In this document: positions 30,669 to 39,100 of the stretch, piece by piece
How the letters are laid out: every line of letters begins with the position of its first letter
Position numbering within the stretch: the stretch's first letter is position 1
DNA from: an uncultured Aminicenantes bacterium
GTDB taxonomy: Bacteria > Acidobacteriota > Aminicenantia > UBA2199
Direction: 5' to 3'
Length of the DNA stretch: 64,000 nt
NCBI GenBank assembly: GCA_965195285.1
Contig: CBDAFS010000030.1
Span: 1-64,000, forward strand
Position numbers and translations under genes: made by a program
Notes under the pieces: model-generated
What the model was told of the DNA's origin: nothing
What the model saw: the letters and a program-made list of their open reading frames with translations, nothing else
Database searches by the model: none

Positions 30669-31823
30669 CTAGATTTTATAAAATTCTTTATACCATTCCA
30701 CAAATTTTCGAATTCCCTCTTCCACCGGGGTATCCGGCCTGTATCCGGTATCCTTTTCAAGACTGGTGGTGTCAGCCCAGGTTTCCAACACATCGCCTTT
30801 TTGCAGGGGAAGGAAGTTTTTTTTGGCTTCTTTATTCATGGCCTTTTCAATAGCGGTGATGAATTCCATCAAGTTTACTGGTTTTCCTCTGCCAATGTTA
30901 TAGATTTTATACGGGGTGAGGAGCGAGAGGTCGGAGGTGAGGGGCTGGGAGTCTTCGAATGTCGAATGATGAATATCGAACGCCGAATTTCGAGTTTTTG
31001 ATTTTTGATTTACTTCTGAATTCGATATTCGGGATTCGTGATTCGGTGTTCGAAGATTGGGAGTTGGTGGTCTGTCCATAACCCGGGTGATGCCTTCGAT
31101 GATGTCATCGATATAGGTGAAATCCCGGCTCATCCGGCCCTGGTTGTAGACATCAATAGGCCGGTTTTTAATAATGGCCCTGACAAATTTAAAAGCCGCC
31201 ATGTCCGGCCGACCCCAGGGACCGTATACGGTAAAAAAACGAAGCCCGGTGGTGGGAATTTGGTAGAGGTGGCTGTAGGCATGGGCCATGAGCTCGCAGC
31301 TCTTCTTGCTAGCCGCATACAGAGACATGGGCTGGTCTACCATATCGGCCGTGGTAAAGGGCATTTTTTGGTTTAGGCCGTATACCGAAGAACTGGAAGC
31401 ATAGACCAGATGGTTGATCTCATGGTGGCGGCAGGCCTCCAGGATGTTCAGAAAACCTTGGATGTTGGAGTCCATATAAGCCTGGGGATTTTGCAAAGAA
31501 TAGCGCACCCCGGCCTGGGCTGCCAGGTGGCAGACCCGGTCGAATGGTTCTTGTTCGAACAGTTCGGTTATTTTTTCCCGATCCTCCAGGTTTAATTGGA
31601 TAAACCGGTAATTGTCAAGAGTCTGGCTTTCCACGGGGATTCCATACTGAATTTTCTCCGAATCGATTCCGGTGTCCTTCAGCCGGCCGTATTTCAGGTT
31701 GACATCATAGTAGTCATTGATATTGTCCAGGCCTATCAGCGTATGACCACTGTTTGCCATCTGTTTGACCAGGGAATGGCCGATGAATCCGGCGGTTCCA
31801 GTTATTAAGATCTTCAAGGTCAA
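30669..31823 (-). CDS. NAD-dependent epimerase (UDP-glucuronate 4-epimerase-like) with an in-frame repeat-derived insertion
   Basis: ITGTAGFIG, HLAAQAGVRYS, YAASKK, FFTVYGPWGRPDMA, RDFTYIDDI; TTG start with AGGAG RBS. Confidence 0.93.
   Translation of the reverse strand: MTLKILITGTAGFIGHSLVKQMANSGHTLIGLDNINDYYDVNLKYGRLKDTGIDSEKIQYGIPVESQTLDNYRFIQLNLEDREKITELFEQEPFDRVCHLAAQAGVRYSLQNPQAYMDSNIQGFLNILEACRHHEINHLVYASSSSVYGLNQKMPFTTADMVDQPMSLYAASKKSCELMAHAYSHLYQIPTTGLRFFTVYGPWGRPDMAAFKFVRAIIKNRPIDVYNQGRMSRDFTYIDDIIEGITRVMDRPPTPNLRTPNHESRISNSEVNQKSKTRNSAFDIHHSTFEDSQPLTSDLSLLTPYKIYNIGRGKPVNLMEFITAIEKAMNKEAKKNFLPLQKGDVLETWADTTSLEKDTGYRPDTPVEEGIRKFVEWYKEFYKI
30952..31056. mobile_element. 105-bp palindromic heptamer-repeat insertion inside the epimerase CDS
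   Basis: Ends TCTTCGAA...TTCGAAGA; arms of GAA-N4 7-mers; removal restores a GGAGTTG heptamer and keeps the frame. Confidence 0.8.
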
Positions 31824-31839
31824 GGTCTCCTTATATCAT

Positions 31840-31925
31840 AGGTTAAGGTTGAGGTTAAGGTAAAGAAAAAAACAGAAAATTTTTCCTGATTATCTCTCTT
31901 ATTCTTTTCCTTTATCTTTACCTCA
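31840..31925. repeat. Hexamer (AGGTTA/AGGTAA) array with inverted partner
   Basis: 31840-31865 versus 31909-31925. Confidence 0.7.
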
Positions 31926-32068
31926 GTCATCCAATCTTTCCTGCGGCCTTCGGCCGCCTGGGCTTCCGCCGGTACCCTTTTTCGGGGTTTACCGGGCCAA
32001 CCAAAAACAGGCTCAAACTCATCAATCTGGCTCATACTGATGATTTTCATTTATGGCTCAAGTCAGGA

Positions 32069-32077
32069 ATTATACCA
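32069..32077 (-). promoter_or_regulatory. Extended -10 promoter (TGGTATAAT) upstream of the polysaccharide operon
   Basis: Perfect TGnTATAAT, with TTTCAA 16 nt upstream of the -10 hexamer. Confidence 0.6.
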
Positions 32078-32106
32078 GAAAACAGTAAAATTGAAAGTGA
32101 ATTCTT

Positions 32107-33075
32107 CTATCTTCTGAATTTTTTTAATTCCCGCTCAAATCCATCAATCATCAGTTTTATTTCATGGTTCTCAATGGATTCCAGCATAAAACGCCTTACC
32201 ATCTGGGAAACCGCCACATAATCCATTTCCACCAGTTCCCCGATCTCCCGCAGCCGCAGGTCACTGTATTTCTTCAAACCATACAGGAACAGCTTTCGGA
32301 AGTGGTTGTTTTTGCGCTTTTTGTACAGCAGCTCTCTTTTAACCCTGAAGCGCCGGCATATGATGCGGGAGATATCTTCGGGTTGGAGCCGCCTCAGACT
32401 CTTCAGGGCCGGTTTTTCCCGGATCTCTCCCATTCTCAGGTCAGCCTCTATCTTGCGGGCAATCTTTCGGCGAAATTTTTCACCGCCTACGATCGACTGC
32501 ACCCCGTAGAAATCTTCTTTTTTTATCCCCTCATCCTGATTCAGCAGGTCATAGACATACTTGCGGTAAAATTTCTTTTTGTTATTAAATTCGCTCAGGA
32601 GTTCGGCGGTGACCAGCCATAGCGGCCGTTTTTCTCTGCCGATGTAGCGGGCAAAACTGCTCCAGGGGTAATCTTCGGGTTTTTTAACCTTACCCTCCCG
32701 CAACGGGGTCAGGTGGATGTAAGCGCTCAACCTCATCAAATAACCGTTTTTTTCCACCAGAACGGCCCGGTAGCGGCCCTGGAAAACCGAGCCCTTGACC
32801 CCGTACTTGAGCTTGAACCAGTTTGAGTAGCTGGAGTTTAAATGGTGCATACAGCGGGAGAGATTGCCCTCCGGGGTTTCGATGAGCATGTGGAAACGAT
32901 CGTCCAGAAGGGTATAGCAGTGGACCTTGAGGTTGAACTTATCCACCACCTCGCCGGTTTTTTCCAGGAATTTCAGCCGGTCAACCTTTTCATGAAAAAT
33001 CTTCTCATGCTTGTCTCCCTGGGACATCACATGGTAACAGGCGCCCTTGTACTCTATACGGGGTTGTCGAGCCAT
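32107..33075 (-). CDS. REP-associated tyrosine transposase (RAYT, Y1_Tnp) with C-terminal DnaA_C-like HTH; HUH motif degenerate
   Basis: MARQPRI, YHV, G.VFQGRY, YIHL.P, YPWSS; C-terminal LREIGE...DYVAVS; RFH replaces HxH. Confidence 0.88.
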   Translation of the reverse strand: MARQPRIEYKGACYHVMSQGDKHEKIFHEKVDRLKFLEKTGEVVDKFNLKVHCYTLLDDRFHMLIETPEGNLSRCMHHLNSSYSNWFKLKYGVKGSVFQGRYRAVLVEKNGYLMRLSAYIHLTPLREGKVKKPEDYPWSSFARYIGREKRPLWLVTAELLSEFNNKKKFYRKYVYDLLNQDEGIKKEDFYGVQSIVGGEKFRRKIARKIEADLRMGEIREKPALKSLRRLQPEDISRIICRRFRVKRELLYKKRKNNHFRKLFLYGLKKYSDLRLREIGELVEMDYVAVSQMVRRFMLESIENHEIKLMIDGFERELKKFRR

Positions 33076-33081
33076 TTGAGA

Positions 33082-33110
33082 AATGTATCACAGTAGATTT
33101 TAAATGTCAA
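33082..33110 (-). promoter_or_regulatory. Sigma70 promoter of the RAYT gene, probably leaderless
   Basis: TTGACA-17 nt-TACATT with TGn extension; ATG 6 nt after the -10 and no RBS. Confidence 0.7.
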
Positions 33111-33153
33111 ATGTTAAGACACGTCCCCAAGAGATTTAAAAGAAAAAGTACTC

Positions 33154-33479
33154 AGGTTGAGGTTAAGAAAGAAGGTTAAGGTTGAGGTTGAGGAAAAGAA
33201 AAAAACCACTGGTCATTAGAACTCTCTGGGGACTTGTCATTATATCTATCAAGTTCTTGTCATTGAAACCCTCTGATTTTGGTCATTAAGAACTATCATA
33301 ACATATCATTACAGTTCTCCAGGGTTCTTTATGACGCACGCATTATGTGCTAATGACAAGCTCTCTATAGATCTTAATGACACGAGCGAAGCGAGTAAAT
33401 GACCAGATTAGTGATATTCATCTTCAAAACTTCTTATCTTCTGAACTTCTGTCTCCTTAATTCTAAGGTTAAGGTTAAG
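33154..33479. repeat. Composite element A, copy 1: hexamer array + GTCATT/ATGAC 22-24 nt periodic array + CTTCT octamers
   Basis: GTCAT at 33212, 33236, 33259, 33282 (variant at 33305); ATGAC at 33331, 33353, 33377, 33399; homologous to 47336-47666. Confidence 0.85.
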
Positions 33480-33510
33480 AAAAAACTCTGTTTGTTTTTT
33501 TTTATCCTGT

Positions 33511-34842
33511 ATGTTACATTTATTTACGAAAAAGAGGAAACTTTCAGTGGAAGCGGAAAAGGAACTATATCAACTCAAACAGGAAAACCAGCGGCTGATG
33601 CGGGCCCTGGAAGAAGTGTCTATTTTAAACGAGATTGCCATTGCCATCAGCTCCACCCTGTCCCTGGACCGGATTCTGGACCTGGTGGTGCAGAAGAGCC
33701 TTAAACACATGAAGGCCGAACAGGGGGCGGTGCTGTTGCTGGATGAGAACAAAGAGGAAAAACCCTTCCAGACCATGATCCGGGGCTGGGATACCACCAC
33801 CGATACCCTGCCCTTCCGTCTGGACACCCAGCTCACCGGCTGGATGCTGAAAAACCGTCAACCCCTGCGCATCAATGACTTGAAAAAGGATGAGCGCTTC
33901 CACCTGGCCGACCCGGAGACCATTCCCATCCGTTCGCTGCTGTGTACGCCCCTAATGTTGAAAGGCCGCATGATCGGGTTGGTGACCCTGTTTAACAAAA
34001 AATCAGAAGAGGAATTCAGCAGTGAAGACCAGCGCATGATCTCTATCATCGCCGCCCAGTCAGCCCAGATCATTGAAAATGCCCGGCTGCTCAAAGAGGA
34101 ACAGGAACTGATCAAGATGCAGGAAGAGCTGAGGCTGGCCTTTGAGATTCAGACCAATCTGCTGCCGGAAAATCCCCCGGCCATAGAGGGATATGACATA
34201 TTCGGCAAAAGCATCCCGGCCAAGGAAGTGGGGGGGGATTATTTTGATTTTATCCCGGACCGTGAAACCCAGCTGGTTTTCTGCCTGGGAGACGTGTCGG
34301 GCAAGGGCATGGGAGCGGCCCTGCTCATGGCCAATCTGCAGGCCACCATCCGGGGCCAGTCCCAACTTGACCTGTCCATACCCGAATGCATGGGAAACGC
34401 CAACCGGCTGCTGTTCCGCAACACCAGCCCTGAGAAATTTGCCACCCTGTTTTACGGCTGGCTGGATTACCGGAATCATGAACTCCGTTACTGCAATGCC
34501 GGCCATAACCTGCCCATCCTTATGACGGAAAAAAAAGATTTCCAGCTGCTCAGTGAAGGGGGAATCATCCTGGGCTGCCTGGAAGCCGTGAGCTTCGAGG
34601 AACAGAAAATCCCCATCCGGACCGGAGATATCCTGCTAATCTATTCGGATGGCATCACCGAGGCCCTGGATGACCATGATCAGGAATTCGGCGAGGCCAG
34701 GCTGATGGAGTTGCTGAAGGAAAATATTGCTAAATCCGCCGTAGAGATGATCGACACCATCATTGACGGGGTCACCCGTTTCAGCCGGGATGCGCCCCAG
34801 ACCGATGACATGACCCTGATGATCATCAAACGTATCGGTTAA
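33511..34842 (+). CDS. GAF + PP2C/SpoIIE phosphatase (RsbU-like)
   Basis: GAF domain, then EVGGDYFD, GDVSGKG, NAGH, YSDGITEA, DDMT. Confidence 0.93.
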   Translation: MLHLFTKKRKLSVEAEKELYQLKQENQRLMRALEEVSILNEIAIAISSTLSLDRILDLVVQKSLKHMKAEQGAVLLLDENKEEKPFQTMIRGWDTTTDTLPFRLDTQLTGWMLKNRQPLRINDLKKDERFHLADPETIPIRSLLCTPLMLKGRMIGLVTLFNKKSEEEFSSEDQRMISIIAAQSAQIIENARLLKEEQELIKMQEELRLAFEIQTNLLPENPPAIEGYDIFGKSIPAKEVGGDYFDFIPDRETQLVFCLGDVSGKGMGAALLMANLQATIRGQSQLDLSIPECMGNANRLLFRNTSPEKFATLFYGWLDYRNHELRYCNAGHNLPILMTEKKDFQLLSEGGIILGCLEAVSFEEQKIPIRTGDILLIYSDGITEALDDHDQEFGEARLMELLKENIAKSAVEMIDTIIDGVTRFSRDAPQTDDMTLMIIKRIG

Positions 34843-34878
34843 ACCAAAGATATTTTTGATATAAATGGGGAGGATATC

Positions 34879-35661
34879 ATGTATATGCGTTTGCTTCAAT
34901 TAAAAATTAAACCCGAAGGCCTTGAACTGGCCCAACATTATTACAAAGACACGGTGGTGCCCCGGTTACGCACCATGCCGGGATGCCGGTTTGCCCGGCT
35001 GATCCAGAACCACTCCGAGCCCAGTGATTTGATATCCATGACCCTGTGGGAACGCCGGCAAGATGCCGAGGCCTTCCAGCAGAGTCCGGTCTTCAAGCAG
35101 ATGATGGCCGAGTTTTCCGTATTTTTAGCCGATAGTTCGGTCTGGAAGATACAGTTGAGCCAGAAGCTGGAACTGGAATACCGGCCCAAAACCCAGGAAC
35201 CGGTGACCCAGGCCTTCCCGGTATCCACCCAGAAAATCCTGGTCAAGCCGGAAAATTGCGTATCTTCACCTCTGTTTGTGCGCATTGTCCAGCATAAGAT
35301 CCAGCCGGGTAAAATGGAAGAATTCCGGAAACTGTACCGGGAAAGCATTATTCCCGTTCTGGAAAAAACCCGGGGCTGCTGTTCGGCCTATCTGATGGAA
35401 AACATGCAGAACGGCGAAGAAGTGGTGTCCATCACCGTCTGGGAAAACCAGCGGGCTGCGGAAGATTATGAACAGAGTGGACAGTTTCAGGTATTGATCG
35501 ACCGGGTCAAACACTGCTACACACGGCTCTTTCAGTGGAAAATGTCTTTGGCCCAAAATGGGGAAAAGCAGGCCAAGACCAGCGATGATATGCAGGTGGA
35601 TCATTACACCGTGGTTTCAGGGGAGGAGTTTGGGGATTCACCAACAAAAAACAGGACTTAG
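34879..35661 (+). CDS. Tandem antibiotic-biosynthesis-monooxygenase (ABM) domain protein
   Basis: Two repeats of R....KI.P...Y....P.L....GC..A.L....SxT.WE....AE.(Y/F); GGGAGG RBS. Confidence 0.8.
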   Translation: MYMRLLQLKIKPEGLELAQHYYKDTVVPRLRTMPGCRFARLIQNHSEPSDLISMTLWERRQDAEAFQQSPVFKQMMAEFSVFLADSSVWKIQLSQKLELEYRPKTQEPVTQAFPVSTQKILVKPENCVSSPLFVRIVQHKIQPGKMEEFRKLYRESIIPVLEKTRGCCSAYLMENMQNGEEVVSITVWENQRAAEDYEQSGQFQVLIDRVKHCYTRLFQWKMSLAQNGEKQAKTSDDMQVDHYTVVSGEEFGDSPTKNRT

Positions 35662-36172
35662 GTTAAGGTAAAGGTAAAGGTTGAGGTTAAGGTTAAGAAA
35701 AAAAATAAAACTATTAAAACCTCCTTAATTTTCATATCTCTTTACCTTTACCTTTGCCTCAACCTTAGAATTAAGAAGTCAGGAGATAGAAATCCGAAAT
35801 CCCAAATTCTAAATCCGAAACAAAGAGATTATTAATAAACATTGAATGATGAACACCAAATATTGAATGATGAATATCGAATAACGAACACCGAATATCG
35901 AAGGAAAGAAATATCTTACAAACCTTGAAATTTGAACATTGAACAAAGAATATCGAATGTCGAAGGAAAATAATCATCTTAATTAACAGTGAATGATGAT
36001 CACCGAATGTCGAATCATGAATGTCAAAGTGAAAGATTCATTTTTTTTTACACTTCATCATTCCTTGTTCGTTATTCATTATTCGAAATTCAAAATTAAA
36101 TACTATTTTCCTTTACCTTAACTTTTGCCTTTACCTTTACCTTTACCTTTACCTCTACCTTTACCTTTGCCT
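35660..36172. repeat. Intergenic repeat mosaic: hexamer hairpin, AAATCCG heptamers, gene-less four-helix-bundle cassette, hexamer array
   Basis: Modules at 35660-35767, 35790-35824, 35841-36095 and 36110-36172 fill almost the whole space between two convergent stop codons. Confidence 0.88.
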
Positions 36173-39100
36173 TTATTTTACCTTTAGTTCAAAGCTCTGT
36201 GAATGGCTGTTAAACTCCGGGGCATACATGCATTCGATGTGGGCCATGCCGCTCTGAAACCGGCCCCGGTGTACCACCCGAAGGGAATATTCAAACACAT
36301 AGGTCCCCTTGGGCAGGTAATCAATGAAAAAATGGGTGGCTGTATCCAGGGTGGATTCGTAATAAGCCAGTCCGTCCTGGAACTTATATCGGGATAGCAC
36401 ATTCACCGGTTCCAGGCCGCTGCCCCGATGGTCTTTCATATGGACATACTCCATATCCCGGTCGGTTCGCAGCTCGATCCGGACCACTAACAGATCACCC
36501 ACCCCCAGGCTCCCTTGATAGGGTTCGATCATCGGTCCTTTGTCGGTGAAGCGGCGCACAAACAGGCGCTTCTTCAGTTTCAGGGGATTTCCGGTATGGG
36601 GGGTGATTTTTGAGATATCTTCCAGGTACTGCCAGTGAACCCCGCCCCAGGCAATGCCCTTGTCCTTTTTGGAAACCGTAATCCGGCCCATATCCGCAAT
36701 AATATCCCGGGGCTGATAGACCTTTTCATAGTAACCGGTCCCGGCTTCCGGTTTTTCGATTTCCACCTTTTGGCCACCCAGGGTGACCTCTACCGGTAAA
36801 TCCGAAGCCAGCAAGTCGTCTCCCCGCAGCAGCACCGCATACACCGCATCGGCAGTGGCCTTGGTGGTTTTCCAGTCCCGGGCCTGCTTTTGTTTCAGCA
36901 GCCACACCTTACATTCCTCAACAGCCTGGTGGTCTCCCATTACTTCATCAAAGGCCTCGATCATCACGGCCTGGGTTTCGATGGGAGCCCGGAACCACCA
37001 CCAGGACAGTTCCGTTTCCCGCCAGTAACGGCCTAATTCCTCATTGAACCGGCTCCTTTCCTTGATGGAATGCATGATTTTACGGGCAGTTACCGAATCC
37101 CCGAAGCGGTTCAGGGCCAGGGCCAGCTGGGCCTGATTCTGGCGATGGCTCAGCTTCAGCCAGTACTCACGGGCCTGTTGGAGAAAATAATCCACGGCTT
37201 TCTGGTATTTTGAAGAAAGCGGATGCTTTTTCAGATAATAACTGCGGCCGTACAGGTACAGGGCAACCCGGGAACCCAGATTATTGGATTTCAGATGTCC
37301 CCTGGACACAATACGGTTGTAGACTTCCAGGATCCGGTTATCCAGGAACCGGATGGCTTTTCCGGTCAGGTCAAGGGGAATGTCATCCACGCCCAGGTGT
37401 CGGAGCCGGCCGAAACCGGTAACAATATAGAGAGTAATATAATGGTTACCCGGTCCCCCCGGAAACCAGGGCCAGGAGCCATCACTCAGCTGCATGTCTT
37501 CTAATTTCAGGTAGGCGCGTTTCAATTCCCGGTCCAGTCGGTTTTCATCGAAGAGCAGGCCGACCCGGTGTTTGGCCTGGGTTTCATTTTGGGCCTGCCT
37601 CACCCAGGGGCTTTCCCGCAACAACACACTTTTCAGATCCGGGTTTTTTTCCAGGTTGGACTTCAGAGCCCCGCTTGCCTTCCAGCGGTTAAAAATCCGG
37701 TGGATTCGGGGATCGGAATGGGCGATGTGGCGGGCCAGGCCATTGGCATAGAGCCGGTTGAATACCTGCTCGGAACACTCATGGGGAAATTCCATCAAGT
37801 AAGGCAGGGCCTGGACCGCATACCAGGCCGGATTGGAGGTCATCTGAACGGTCAGTCCTTTGTGAACCAGGGTTTTAGAGCCGGAGGAAAGGGACAGTTT
37901 TCTGAACTCGAACCGTTTTTCCCCCTGCTTGCTGATCCACAGGGGTATGGATTCCCGCACCAACAGCCGGCGGCTCAAAACCGGCAGAACTCCCTCTTCG
38001 CCGTCAGAATATTCTTCAGTGGCACCCACGGCCCGGAAAGCCACCATATCCAACCCATCCGGGACCTTAATCCGGAATCTCAGGGTCCGGGACTGTTTGG
38101 AGGGGATGGAGAAGGTCTGGTCTTTATCCCGGTTGTTCAGGGAATCATCCAGGGAGGTTTCATTCTGTGGATTAAAAAATTGGAGCCTCAATGACCCGCT
38201 TTCCGGTTTATCCGACATATTGGTTACCTTTACGGTGAATTCGAGCTCATCACCCTCCCTTAAAAACCGGGGCGGGTTGGGCTGGACCATGAGGTCCTTG
38301 CGGGTTATGGAGCGGCCTTCGATGCTGCCGTATTTCATATCAATGGTATGCGCAAAACCGATAAACCGCCATTCGGTCAGGGCTTCGGGCATTTTAAATT
38401 CAATGGTCACGGACCCGTCCCCGGCGGTCTTCAGATGGGGATAAAAGAAGGCGGTTTCATTTAAATTCTTTCTGGCCTGGACTTTGGAAAGATCAATTTT
38501 TTTTCCACCCTTATCCCTGTCTCCATTTCGTTTTGTCTCCTTTATGGTGGCATCCTTTCCTCCGGAAACTCCGTTAATATCTTCGTATGACAGCACCAGG
38601 GCCTCCCCAAGCGCTTTACTGAACATTTCTTCGGGCCTTAACACCTTCTGTTTGCTGACATGTCGTCTGGACCCGTACTGGTAACCGAAGAGGCTCTGGA
38701 TCACCTCTTGGGGAAAGTGCGCATAATTGGCTGCTGAATATGAATAGCGGACATTCAGGCGGTTGATAAAATTTGAGAAATCAATCCCTTGGTTGGAAAA
38801 CCGCAAACGCAGGGAAGTACTGTCCGCATCGAAAAGGTTTGAAAAACCCTGAAAAAAATGGGGATAGTACTGGTCCAGTGACACATCATAGAGGGTGGCC
38901 ACCATTTCCGCGGCCCTGATTTCAGAACCCGGACCCTTGATCTTAAGAGACCAGGTTTCCTTCTGGCCCGGTTCCAGGGTGGAGCGGAAGGTCTGCCACT
39001 GGAGTTGCAGTTGTTTGTTATACCAGGGCACATAGACCCGGGTGGTGGTTTGATACTGGCGATTCTGCTTGACCAGGGTGGCTACCAGGGTAAATCCACC

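Noticed and set aside
30569-30853. 94-aa ORF with FLLLTSY repeats
   Set aside because: Translation of the heptamer array, antisense to the epimerase
32107-33128. Active IS200/IS605 insertion sequence
   Set aside because: No tnpB, no matching element end found downstream, and the HUH motif is degenerate
33212-33403. CRISPR array (also 47401-47612)
   Set aside because: Constant part is only 5-7 nt, spacers about 16 nt, orientation flips midway, and no cas genes are present
35771-35977. 68-aa ORF (likewise 27057..27263, 33399..33704, 42320..42505, 47554..47754)
   Set aside because: Made of repeat modules or overlapping real genes; low-complexity periodic peptides without RBS
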